64,000 nucleotides of DNA from Octopus sinensis (lineage: Eukaryota). The notes beneath the pieces are model-generated. The model was given only the letters and a program-made list of their open reading frames with translations. It was not told the origin of the DNA and did not search any database. How positions within the stretch are numbered: position 1 is the stretch's first letter; each line of letters starts with the position of its first letter. Position numbers and translations under genes: made by a program. Of this stretch, positions 26,500 through 39,139 are shown one piece after another. The stretch spans positions 1 through 64,000 of the forward strand of contig NW_021833242.1 in NCBI RefSeq assembly GCF_006345805.1. Direction: 5' to 3'.

Positions 26500-29400
26500 A
26501 TTGGGCCTCACAAAGGCAAGGACCAAGATCATTTGGCATTATGTTGGGCTTCAAGCATTGGGTCTTATGGAGGCAAGGACCAAGACCTTTGGCATTATGC
26601 TGAGTTTCGAGTGTTGGGTCTTATGGAGGCAAGGACCAAGACCTTGGCATTATGCTGGGTTTTGAGTGTTGGGTCTTATGGAGGCAAGGACCAAGACCTT
26701 GGCATTATGCTGGGTTTTGAGTGTTGGGTCTTATGGAGGCAAGGACCAAGACCTTGGCATTATGCTGGGTTTTGAGTGTTGGGTCTTATGGAGGCAAGGA
26801 CCAAGACCTTGGCATTATGCTGGGTTTTGAGTGTTGGGCCTTATGGAGGCAAGGACCAAGACCTTGGCATTATGCTGGGTTTTGAGTGTTGGGCCTTATG
26901 GAGGCAAGGACCAAGACCTTGGCATTATGCTGGGTTTTGAGTGTTGGGCCTTATGGAGGCAAGGACCAAGACCTTGGCATTATGCTGGGTTTTGAGTGTT
27001 GGGCCTTATGGAGGCAAGGACCAAGACCATGGCATTATGCTGGTTTTGAGTGTTGGGCCTTATGGAGGCAAGGACCAAGACCTTGGCATTATGCTGGGTT
27101 TTGAGTGTTGGGTCTTATGGAGGCAAGGACCAAGACCATGGCATTATGCTGGGTTTTGAGTGTTGGGCCTTATGGAGGCAAGGACCAAGACCTTGGCATT
27201 ATGCTGGGTTTTGAGTGTTGGGTCTTATGGAGGCAAGGACCAAGACCTTGGCATTATGCTGGGTTTTGAGTGTTGGGCCTTATGGAGGCAAGGACCAAGA
27301 CCTTGGCATTATGCTGGGTTTTGAGTGTTGGGCCTTATGGAGGCAAGGACCAAGACCATGGCATTATGCTGGGTTTTGAGTGTTGGGCCTTATGGAGGCA
27401 AGGACCAAGACCTTGGCATTATGCTGGGTTTTGAGTGTTGGGTCTTATGGAGGCAAGGACCAAGACCATGGCATTATGCTGGGTTTTGAGTGTTGGGCCT
27501 TATGGAGGCAAGGACCAAGACCTTGGCATTATGCTGGGTTTTGAGTGTTGGGTCTTATGGAGGCAAGGACCAAGACCATGGCATTATGCTGGGTTTTGAG
27601 TGTTGGGCCTTATGGAGGCAAGGACCAAGACCTTGGCATTATGCTGGGTTTTGAGTGTTGGGTCTTATGGAGGCAAGGACCAAGACCTTGGCATTATGCT
27701 GGGTTTTGAGTGTTGGGCCTTATGGAGGCAAGGACCAAGACCATGGCATTATGCTGGTTTTGAGTGTTGGGCCTTATGGAGGCAAGGACCAAGACCTTGG
27801 CATTATGCTGGGTTTTGAGTGTTGGGTCTTATGGAGGCAAGGACCAAGACCTTGGCATTATGCTGGGTTTTGAGTGTTGGGCCTTATGGAGGCAAGGACC
27901 AAGACCATGGCATTATGCTGGGTTTTGAGTGTTGGGCCTTATGGAGGCAAGGACCAAGACCTTGGCATTATGCTGGGTTTTGAGTGTTGGTCTTATGGAG
28001 GCAAGGACCAAGACCTTGGCATTATGCTGGGTTTTGAGTGTTGGGCCTTATGGAGGCAAGGACCAAGACCATGGCATTATGCTGGGTTTTGAGTGTTGGG
28101 CCTTATGGAGGCAAGGACCAAGACCTTGGCATTATGCTGGGTTTTGAGTGTTGGGTCTTATGGAGGCAAGGACCAAGACCTTGGCATTATGCTGGGTTTT
28201 GAGTGTTGGGCCTTATGGAGGCAAGGACCAAGACCATGGCATTATGCTGGTTTTGAGTGTTGGGCCTTATGGAGGCAAGGACCAAGACCTTGGCATTATG
28301 CTGGGTTTTGAGTGTTGGGTCTTATGGAGGCAAGACCAAGACCATGGCATTATGCTGGTTTTGAGTGTTGGGTCTTATGGAGGCAAGGACCAAGACCTTG
28401 GCATTATGCTGGGTTTTGAGTGTTGGGCCTTATGGAGGCAAGGACCAAGACCTTGGCATTATGCTGGGTTTTGAGTGTTGGGTCTTATGGAGGCAAGGAC
28501 CAAGACCTTGGCATTATGCTGGGTTTTGAGTGTTGGGTCTTATGGAGGCAAGGACCAAGACCTTGGCATTATGCTGGGTTTTGAGTGTTGGGTCTTATGG
28601 AGGCAAGGACCAAGACCTTGGCATTATGCTGGGTTTTGAGTGTTGGGCCTTATGGAGGCAAGGACCAAGACCATGGCATTATGCTGGGTTTTGAGTGTTG
28701 GGCCTTATGGAGGCAAGGACCAAGACCTTGGCATTATGCTGGGTTTTGAGTGTTGGGCCTTATGGAGGCAAGGACCAAGACCATGGCATTATGCTGGGTT
28801 TTGAGTGTTGGGCCTTATGGAGGCAAGGACCAAGACCTTGGCATTATGCTGGGTTTTGAGTGTTGGGTCTTATGGAGGCAAGGACCAAGACCTTGGCATT
28901 ATGCTGGGTTTTGAGTGTTGGGCCTTATGGAGGCAAGGACCAAGACCATGGCATTATGCTGGGTTTTGAGTGTTGGGCCTTATGGAGGCAAGGACCAAGA
29001 CCTTGGCATTATGCTGGGTTTTGAGTGTTGGGTCTTATGGAGGCAAGGACCAAGACCATGGCATTATGCTGGGTTTTGAGTGTTGGGTCTTATGGAGGCA
29101 AGGACCAAGACCATGGCATTATGCTGGGTTTTGAGTGTTGGGCCTTATGGAGGCAAGGACCAAGACCATGGCATTATGCTGGGTTTTGAGTGTTGGGCCT
29201 TATGGAGGCAAGGACCAAGACCTTGGCATTATGCTGGGTTTTGAGTGTTGGTCTTATGGAGGCAAGGACCAAGACCTTGGCATTATGCTGGGTTTTGAGT
29301 GTTGGGCCTTATGGAGGCAAGGACCAAGACCATGGCATTATGCTGGGTTTTGAGTGTTGGGCCTTATGGAGGCAAGGACCAAGACCTTGGCATTATGCTG

Positions 29401-30257
29401 GGTTTTGAGTGTTGGGTCTTATGGAGGCAAGGACCAAGACCATGGCATTATGCTGGGTTTTGAGTGTTGGGCCTTATGGAGGCAAGGACCAAGACCATGG
29501 CATTATGCTGGGTTTTGAGTGTTGGGCCTTATGGAGGCAAGGACCAAGACCTTGGCATTATGCTGGGTTTTGAGTGTTGGGTCTTATGGAGGCAAGGACC
29601 AAGACCTTGGCATTATGCTGGGTTTTGAGTGTTGGGTCTTATGGAGGCAAGGACCAAGACCTTGGCATTATGCTGGGTTTTGAGTGTTGGGTCTTATGGA
29701 GGCAAGGACCAAGACCATGGCATTATGCTGGGTTTTGAGTGTTGGGCCTTATGGAGGCAAGGACCAAGACCATGGCATTATGCTGGGTTTTGAGTGTTGG
29801 GCCTTATGGAGGCAAGGACCAAGACCTTGGCATTATGCTGGTTTTGAGTGTTGGGTCTTATGGAGGCAAGGACCAAGACCTTGGCATTATGCTGGGTTTT
29901 GAGTGTTGGGCCTTATGGAGGCAAGGACCAAGACCATGGCATTATGCTGGTTTTGAGTGTTGGGCCTTATGGAGGCAAGGACCAAGACCTTGGCATTATG
30001 CTGGGTTTTGAGTGTTGGGTCTTATGGAGGCAAGGACCAAGACCATGGCATTATGCTGGGTTTTGAGTGTTGGGCCTTATGGAGGCAAGGACCAAGACCA
30101 TGGCATTATGCTGGGTTTTGAGTGTTGGGCCTTATGGAGGCAAGGACCAAGACCTTGGCATTATGCTGGGTTTTGAGTGTTGGGTCTTATGGAGGCAAGG
30201 ACCAAGACCTTGGCATTATGCTGGGTTTTGAGTGTTGGGCCTTATGGAGGCAAGGAC
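26500..30257. repeat. Minisatellite array, ~66 near-perfect 55-bp units plus 2 degenerate leading units
   Basis: Unit GAGTGTTGGG(C/T)CTTATGGAGGCAAGGACCAAGACC(T/A)TGGCATTATGCTGGGTTTT; no spacers. Confidence 0.98.
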
Positions 30258-31046
30258 TGAGGCCTTTGGCATTATGTTGTGCTTGAGAAGAAGACCCATC
30301 AAGCTGAGAAAAGTCTCAGTCATGGCAGATTCCAGTGTCACGCAAATGGCATCCATGCTTGTTGCACTTAAAAGCACCTTTCAAGCATTGGGCCTCATGG
30401 AAGCAAGGACCTCTGGCATTATGCTGGGCTTCAAGCGTTTGGCCTTATGGAGGCGATGACCAAGACCTTTGGCATAATGTCGTGCTTGAGAAGAAGACCC
30501 ATCAAGCTGAGCATAATCATGGCCATGGTAGATACAGGTGTCATGCTAATTGGCACCCATGCTGGTTGTGTGTAAAAGCACCCGTTACACTATTGGAGTG
30601 GTTGGCTTTAGTGGTTTTGTGTAGAGATAAGCTCACTCCCTCCATCAGATTGACATTACCTGTACAGGTGCAACTGGGTGCCACATGTCAGATGATGAAA
30701 TAATGATCACAGAGCAACGTGAAATGAAGTGCTTGCTCAAGAACACAACACAACACAATGCCCAGTCTGGGAATCGAACCCATGATCTTGCAATCACGAG
30801 TGCAACACCCTAACCACTAAACCAAATCCTGAAGGAATTGTGGGTTAGAGTTAGGGAATGCTGGCAAAGGGTTGGGCTTTCACAAATGGTGTAGTTATAA
30901 CCAATTAGAAATATCTAGGCTGAAAAAACATCTGGTGTGTTAGAGCCAACTTTGCTGTTATGTTTTCATGAGCAGGCGTCCCTGGGTGAGTGTGTTTCCT
31001 CCCTCCTTTCCCTGGTCATTCACACAGTTTCTTCTCTCTGTTGCAG

Positions 31047-31103
31047 CTCTACCAGCGCCACAACAGTCTTCTGGCCACGTTTATTGGAAAAGAATTCGAA
31101 ACG
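31047..31103 (+). CDS. MKS1: MKS1 exon D (57 nt, phase 0 to 0): LYQRHNSLLATFIGKEFET
   Basis: Acceptor cttctctctgttgcag, donor GTAAGA; aligns with human LYGRHKEYLSSLVGTDFEM. Confidence 0.92.
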
Positions 31104-31569
31104 GTAAGACAGTTCCTCTTTCTTTAAATTCTGTTGGTTCTTGGGGTTTATTTCAGGTTAATGGGAAATCGATGAAGACCACAAAATCTCATCTGTCTGT
31201 CTGTTTCTCTGTCTCTATGTCGACTTGCCTGCCTGTCTACATACCTATTTCTTTATTACCCACAAGGGGCTAAACATAGAGGAGACAAACAAGGACAGAC
31301 ATAGGTATTAAGTCGATTATATCGACCCCAGTGCGTAACTGGTACTTAATTTATCGACCCCGAAAGGATGAAAGGCAAATCGACCTCGGTGGAATTTGAA
31401 CTCAGAATGTAACGGCAGACGAAATACCGCTAAGCATTCCGTCTGGCGTGCTATCGTTTCTGCCAGCTCACCACCCTCTGAATACCTATCTACCACCTGC
31501 CTCTCTGTCTGTCTGTCTCTGCTTGCCCACCTACTTACCTACCTACCTACCTACCTGCCTACATGTCTG

Positions 31570-32005
31570 TCTGTTTAAAATTTAAAATAATAAGGATGAA
31601 AAATTGAATATTAATTTGATTAATATGAATTTAAAACCAGTGGTGTAACATATAAGACCATAGCGGATCTTCTTCTAGCATAATGGATGGATGTCCAGTT
31701 ACAGTTCATCCCTATTATGTAATAGTTTCACTTTAATAGTTGCAGTATTAAAGTGAAAGCATGTGACATTACAATAGAGAGATGTTTTTGTTTCACTTTT
31801 GATGCGTAATATTGAAATAGTGGAGAAGATATGATATTGCTGTGGGCTCACCCTAGGCAAGAAGTTAAAATTTTTGCCCATGACACTCCCCGGACCCTAA
31901 GTAAGGCATGTGTAAAATTCGAATGAAATTGGTTGTGTAGTTCTCAAGTTTCAGGGATTCACATAGACAGACAGACACACATTCTCAGTTTTATATATAT
32001 AGATA
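31570..32005 (-). mobile_element. Partial copy of the Helitron-like element at 4453-5440
   Basis: 31750-32003 is clearly homologous to 5185-5440 (tgtttcactttt...ggaccctaagtaaggcatgtgtaaaatt...cacattctcagttttatatatat). Confidence 0.6.
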
Positions 32006-32316
32006 TATATATACACATATATGGTCAAGTGCTTAGACTGTTGGTACAACTTTTCTCTCCACCCAATGGTTGCATCCTCAATGCTCCACCGAGGGAAGAG
32101 TAAGGGGGTTGATAGCCAGATTTTGGGGGAAAATGAAAGCTTATTTTGGGAGTATTTCATTTTTCGAGTCTTTCCCAATAAGATGCTGACTACAATGGCA
32201 CAAAATAACGACGACAACAACAACTAGAACTGCATTATTTGAGAAAGTTTCCCTTATAAATGGCGGTGGGGGGGATGGGGGGAAGTATTCAAGATTTCTT
32301 ACTTGGATAATTTGTT

Positions 32317-32386
<70 letters not shown>

Positions 32387-32538
32387 ACTGTAACAGCAAC
32401 AGCAACAACTACTTTAACTGCTGCTGCTGCTACTACTACCACTACTACCACCATTACTAAAACCACCACCATCACTACTACTACTACTACTACTTCTACT
32501 ACTACTATCATTACTACAACTACCACCACCACCATCAT

Positions 32539-32580
<42 letters not shown>

Positions 32581-32892
32581 CATTACTACAACTACTACCA
32601 CCACAATGACAACCACCATCTCCACCACCACCACCACCCCTCACCTGCAACACACACGTTTACTCTGGGAACCTCTTTGCATCAAGACTACTGCAGCATC
32701 AACACTTCTTACTGCTACTTCTGCTACTGCTACTACTACCACTACTACTACCACTACTACTACTGTGGAGCACCGGATGACCTTAAACTGCACCAGACAC
32801 ACACACACACACACACACGCGTGCGCATGTGCACCTGCAGCAGGTGCTGCTGCTGTTGCTGTGGCTGCATAGATGTGCACCTGCATCTGGTC

Positions 32893-32947
<55 letters not shown>

Positions 32948-32994
32948 CACCTTGGTGAATAATTAATCAGTTGTTTTCTCGTTTGTCTTTCCAG

Positions 32995-33037
32995 GTCGAA
33001 AGAAACGTGTTGAGGGTCATGCTGTTTGGAGAGATCG
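32995..33037 (+). CDS. MKS1: MKS1 microexon E (43 nt, phase 0 to 1): VERNVLRVMLFGEI, start of B9 domain
   Basis: Acceptor tttgtctttccag, donor GTAAGT; aligns with human TVPGALRLFVNGEV. Confidence 0.92.
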
Positions 33038-33359
33038 GTAAGTTTAGGGGTGCGGGGGTGGGGGTGGGGGGTTAATTGGTGGTGGGGATGGTGGTGGTGG
33101 CGGGTGGGGGGGGGGTTGGGTTGTAGGTGTCGGCAGGGGTGGTGGTGTTGGTGTTGATAGAATTGGGAGTTGTTGTTGGTGGTGGTGGTGGTGGTTGGCT
33201 TTGTTTCTCATGAATACCGTCACCCCCCACCCTCCTTCTCACCACCTCCACCACCACCACCACCACTGACCTAACCACCACCCCAAACATCATCGTCATC
33301 ATCATCATCATCACCATCATTGTCATCATCAACATTATTACCGACAGCAGCACCCCAAC

Positions 33360-33395
<36 letters not shown>

Positions 33396-33447
33396 ATATC
33401 ACCATTGCAAACATCCCCCCCACCACCACCACTGGTAACATCATTAT

Positions 33448-33478
<31 letters not shown>

Positions 33479-34144
33479 CCACCACCACCAACAGCACCAA
33501 GGTTGTCATCTTCGTCATCATCATCGACAACTGTATCAGCCCAAGCTGCCTCCACCTTCAACATCAATAAAGTCGTCGATGTCGGCGTTCTCCTCCTCCT
33601 CCTCCTCCTCCTCCTCCTCCTCCTCCTCCTCCCCATCTGTCACATCATTGTCATCACTACCACCACCACCACATCTCCTGTCTCACCACAACTACCACCG
33701 CCACCATCATCATAGTCATCGTCGGAGTCACCAACATCACCTCCGCCACCACCACCACCATCTGCAAAACCAGCACCGTTATCATCATCATCAGCATTAT
33801 TGTTGCCATTGTCAACACTGCCACCATCACCACCACCACCACCATCATCATCACCATTACTTTTGTTGTCAATGCTACGACCACCACCACCACCACCACC
33901 ACCACTACCATCACTACCACCACTTCCACTACCACCTCCACTACCATCATCCTCAAATCTTGTGAATGGAATCATTAAATATTTAATTCTCTGTTAATTA
34001 AAAAATTACCTGCCACCTCTGTCATTTTTTCTCGTTGTAATCGACATCTCCACCATTGCTCGTTTAATATTTAAATATTTAATCAAATTCTGTATTGAAC
34101 AAATTCATTTCAAGTTCTCCTTGTTCAACATCTAGCATCTTATT

Positions 34145-36748
34145 AAGGTAGCCAGTCCTTTGAGGTGCTAGATTTAAATATTTAGTAAAGGTAGCTGGTC
34201 CTTTGAGGTGCTAGATTTAAATATTTAGTAAAGGTAGCTGGTCCTTTAAGGTGCTAGATTTAAATATTTAGTAAAGGTAGCTGGTCCTTTAAGGTGCTAG
34301 ATTTAAATATTTAGTAAAGGTAGCTGGTCCTTTAAGGTGCTAGATTTAAATATTTAGTAAAGGTAGCTGGTCCTTTAAGGTGCTAGATTTAGCATTTAGT
34401 GAAGGTAGCCAGTCCTTTAAGGTGCTAGATTTAGCATTTAGTAAAGGTAGCTAGTCCTTTAAGGTGCTAGATTTAGCATTTAGTGAAGGTAGCTGGTCCT
34501 TTAAGGTGCTAGATTTAGCATTTAGTGAAGGTAGCTGGTCCTTTAAGGTGCTAGATTTAGCATTTAGTAAAGGTAGCTGGTCCTTTAAGGTGCTAGATTT
34601 AGCATTTAGTGAAGGTAGCCAGTCCTTTAAGTTGGTAGATTTAGCATTTAGTGAAGGTAGCCAGTCCTTTAAGGTGCTAGATTTAGCATTTAGTGAAGGT
34701 AGCTGGTCCTTTAAGGTGCTAGATTTAGCATTTAGTGAAGGTAGCCAGTCCTTTAAGGTGATAGATTTAGCATTTAGTGAAGGTAGCCAGTCCTTTAAGG
34801 TGATAGATTTAGCATTTAGTGAAGGTAGCCAGTCCTTTAAGGTGCTAGATTTAGCATTTAGTAAAGGTAGCTGGTCCTTTAAGGTGCTAGATTTAGCATT
34901 TAGTGAAGGTAGCTGGTCCTTTAAGGTGCTAGATTTTAATATTTAGTGAAGGTAGCTGGTCCTTTAAGGTGCTAGATTTAGCATTTAGTGAAGGTAGCTG
35001 GTCCTTTAAGGTGCTAGATTTTAATATTTAGTGAAGGTAGCTGGTCCTTTGGGGTGCTAGATTTTAATATTTAGTGATGGTAGCTAGTCCTTTAAGGTGC
35101 TAGATTTTAATATTTAGTAAAGGTAGCTGGTCCTTTATAGTGCTATATTTAGCATTTAGTGAAGGTAGCCAGTCCTTTAAGGTGCTAGATTTAGCATTTA
35201 GTGAAGGTAGCCAGTCCTTTAAGGTGCTAGATTTAGCATTTAGTGAAGGTAGCCAGTCCTTTAAGGTGCTAGATTTAGCATTTAGTGAAGGTAGCTGGTC
35301 CTTTAAGGTGCTAGATTTAGCATTTAGTGAAGGTAGCCAGTCCTTTAAGGTGCTAGATTTAGCATTTAATGAAGGTAGCCAGTCCTTTAAGGTGCTAGAT
35401 TTAGCATTTAGTAATGGTAGCTGATCCTTTAAGGTGCTAGATTTTAATATTTAGTGAAGGTAGCTGGTCCTTTATGGTGCTAGATTTAGCATTTAGTGAA
35501 GGTAGCCAGTCCTTTAAGGTGCTAGATTTAGCATTTAATGAAAGTAGCCAGTCCTTTAAGGTGCTAGATTTAGCATTTAGTAAAGGTAGCTGGTCCTTTA
35601 AAGTGCTAGATTTTAATATTTAGTGAAGGTAGCTGGTCCTTTATGGTGCTAGATTTAGCATTTAGTGAAGGTAGCCAGTCCTTTGAGGTGCTAGATTTAG
35701 CATTTAGTAAAGGTAGCTGGTCCTTTAAAGTGCTAGATTTTAATATTTAGTGAAGGTAGCTGGTCCTTTATGGTGCTAGATTTAGCATTTAGTGAAGGTA
35801 GCCAGTCCTTTAAGGTGCTAGATTTAGCATTTAATGAAGGTAGCCAGTCCTTTAAGGTGCTAGATTTAGCATTTAGTAAAGGTAGCTGATCCTTTAAGGT
35901 GCTAGATTTTAATATTTAGTGAAGGTAGCTGGTCCTTTATGGTGCTAGATTTAGCATTTAGTGAAGGTAGCCAGTCCTTTAAGGTGCTAGATTTAGCATT
36001 TAATGAAAGTAGCCAGTCCTTTAAGGTGCTAGATTTAGCATTTAGTGAAGGTAGCCAGTCCTTTAAGGTGCTAGATTTAGCATTTAGTGAAGGTAGCTGG
36101 TCCTTTAAAGTGCTAGATTTTAATATTTAGTGAAGGTAGCTGGTCCTTTATGGTGCTAGATTTAGCATTTAGTGAAGGTAGCCAGTCCTTTAAGGTGCTA
36201 GATTTAGCATTTAGTAAAGGTAGCTGGTCCTTTAAGGTGCTAGATTTAGCATTTAGTGAAGGTAGCTAGTCCTTTAAGGTGCTAGATTTAGCATTTAATG
36301 AAGGTAGCCAGTCCTTTAAGGTGCTAGATTTAGCATTTAGTAAAGGTAGCTGATCCTTTAAGGTGCTAGATCTTAATATTTAGTGAAGGTAGCTGGTCCT
36401 TTAAGGTGCTAGATTTAGCATTTAATGAAAGTAGCCAGTCCTTTAAGGTGCTAGATTTAGCATTTAGTAAAGGTAGCTGGTCCTTTAAGGTGCTAGATTT
36501 TAATATTTAGTGAAGGTAGCTGGTCCTTTAAGGTGCTAGATTTTAATATTTAGTGAAGGTAGCCAGTCCTTTAAGGTGCTAGATTTTAATATTTAGTGAA
36601 GGTAGCTGGTCCTTTGGGGTGCTAGATTTTAATATTTAGTGAAGGTAGCTGGTCCTTTAAGGTGCTAGATTTTAATATTTAGTGAAGGTAGCCAGTCCTT
36701 TAAGGTGTTACATTTTAATATTTGATGGAGGTAGCTGGTCCTTTAAGG
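34145..36748. repeat. Minisatellite array, ~61 x 42/43 bp
   Basis: Unit AAGGTAGC(TG/CA)GTCCTTTAAGGTGCTAGATTTAGCATTTAGT(G/A); 43-bp variants read GATTTTAATATTT or GATTTAAATATTT. Confidence 0.98.
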
Positions 36749-37284
36749 AAGTAGTGGACAAGGCTACAAGGACTGAGGAAAGACACCGTCCAGTTTGGTC
36801 AGAATGATTCTAAAACTCAATGGAAAGGAAAGTGAGGGTGGGGAGAGAAGTGCTACCTCCCTGTGAATTTGTGAGATGAAGGGTGACTGTGACAAAAATA
36901 GAGTGAATGGCCCTACTCCAAGTAAGCACCTGTCAATTGGAGAGCAGGAGACAGGGCTTGTACCTTTGGTGGTCAGGGTGATCCTGGATCTGTGGGGTTC
37001 CTTGACTGGCCCTAGTTGGAGTTTCTCCTGTATCGGACTGCCATCATTCATGCTGTCACATAGTTTCTATATTCTGTAAAATACTTTTATCGCATTTTCA
37101 TTGTCTTTTCCGTTTCTTTCTCCCCCAGCTTTTAAGTAAATACCCCACACGTTGTCTGTCCTTGTGATCTCCCCTTCATTTATGCCCCCGTGGTTAATAA
37201 AAGAAATCACCATATTCATCCTCATCGTTGTTATTAATATTTTTATTATTATTTTAATTTTTATTTTTGGTCTCTGTTTTCCAG

Positions 37285-37347
37285 AATCTGCCAGAAATTT
37301 TGAATACGATAATCTCTATCTGCATTTTTTTGTCGACCTACCAAGAG
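37285..37347 (+). CDS. MKS1: MKS1 exon F (63 nt, phase 1 to 1): (E)SARNFEYDNLYLHFFVDLPR
   Basis: Acceptor ctgttttccag, donor GTAAGT; close match to human SAQGYEYDNLYVHFFVELP. Confidence 0.96.
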
Positions 37348-37474
37348 GTAAGTAAGACTATACACACACGTGCACGCATGCGTGTGGGTGTGTGTGGGGG
37401 GTGGGGTGGATTCAATGAAGGGTCCACCACTTCTTATAGCAGAAACAGCCCTAATGGTGTTCATTATATAACTA

Positions 37475-37703
37475 TTTCTTTACTACCCACAAGGGGCTAA
37501 ACACAGAGGGGACAAACAAGGACAGACATAGGTATTAAGTCGATTACATCGACCCCAGTGCGTAACTGGTACTTAATTTATCGACCCCGAATGGATGAAA
37601 GGCAAAGTCGACCTCGGCGGAATTTGAACTCACAACGTAACGCAGACGAAATACCGCTAAGCATTTCGCCCGGTGTGCTAACGTTTCTGCCAGCACGCCG
37701 CCT
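37475..37703 (-). mobile_element. SINE family B copy (others at ~31248-31475 -, ~18000-18270 +, ~40860-41015 +, ~41840-42055 +)
   Basis: Minus strand: ggcg.gctggcagaaacgttagc...gagttcaaattccgcc (tRNA-like) then gtcgactttgcctttcatcc...taccagtt core. Confidence 0.85.
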
Positions 37704-38220
37704 TATATAACATTTAGTTTCTTCCTGTGCCATCTTGTTGCTTGCTTTTACCATTCTCTGCTCATATAACATTGTGTCCTTGACCACACATATATTGAGT
37801 GCTACATCAGGTTATTAGTCTCACTATGTATAACCAAAACATTGATATATATATGTATATTTATATATCATTATCATCGTTTAACATCCGCTTTCCATGC
37901 TGGCATGGGTTGGATGATTTGACTGAGGGCTGGTGAACCAGATGGCTGCACCAGGCTCCAGTCTTGATCTGGCAGTGTTTCTACAGCTGGATGCCCTTCC
38001 TAATGCCAACCACTCTGAGAGTCAGCACGGGGGCCAGTCAGGTGGTACTGGCAATGACCTCACTTGAATCTTTTTACACATGCCACCATCACAGGTGCCA
38101 GTAAGGTGATGCTGGTAACAATCACGCTCGAATGGTGCCTTTTACGTGCCACCGGCACGGAAGCCTGTTGGCTGCTCTGGCAACGATCACGCTCGGATGG
38201 TGCTCTTAGCACCCTACCAG

Positions 38221-38253
<33 letters not shown>

Positions 38254-39139
38254 GTATATATATAGTTCAAATTTACAGAAAACAAAAGATGAAGACAGGT
38301 GAAGGACCAACAAGCAGGTGTATTAGTTTAACACTTGGAAAGAATGGAAAAGTCTGTTATGTTTCAAGCCTATGCTTTTCGGCAGAAAGAATTAAGAGGT
38401 AAAAAATGGAGAGAGAATAAAAAAATAAAACAGAGAGAGAAGAAAAAAGGGGGAGGGATTATATATATATATTTAAAAAGATAAGAGGAAAAAATCTATC
38501 AGAAAGGAACTCTATCTCTCTTAAAAATATATCTTTTGATAAGCATAACAAATGTGCAACTGGTAAAAAGAACTTTCACCTAATTAAATTACTTAAATTA
38601 CTTAAATTATTTTGTCAGCATGTTCTTCATTTCCTTTTTTATATATATATATATATAAATAGATGAGTGTATTTTTACCTTGTTAACAATTAACATGGAA
38701 ATAATAAATAAATAGTTACCAAGGTAGCAAAAATCTCACAAGTAAAGAGGTTGTAACTCCTTGTTTATAAAGGTAGAAACTTCGTGTTTACGTGGAATTT
38801 TTTGTATAATATACGAATAAATAAATGGAGTTTAACGCAGGTGTAATCAAATATTTTTACTTTCGACACATGTTTCGAAAATTCCACTGATACTATTCAA
38901 AAGAATAAATGGTATAAACAATGCAATCTTCTCCTCGGGAAAGTGAAAAAAGCGAAACTCGTCAATAAGACATTTTAGCAAAAAATGATGGATTTGTATA
39001 GCGATTAACTGAACGCTATTAATATTGTTTAAAAAAACGTTATATATGTCAGAAGTAGCTTGCAGAAAGTGTAGGGATATTAATAGTGAATGTTAAATAT
39101 AAAGGAAATTAAAGTTTAAGTTATATATAATGATAGAGA

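Noticed and set aside
34464-36130. ORFs of repeated VLDLAFSEGSWSFK (and repeat ORFs in the 52- and 55-bp arrays)
   Set aside because: By-products of unit length; broken by 43-bp variants, with no convincing splice or start context.
21691-36748. CRISPR-like appearance of the three long arrays
   Set aside because: Units are contiguous with no unique spacers, there are no cas genes, and the context is a spliceosomal intron.
36750-37085. Possible Tx1/L1-like LINE 3' end (ERKVRVGREVL-like frame)
   Set aside because: Too degraded to support without a database search.
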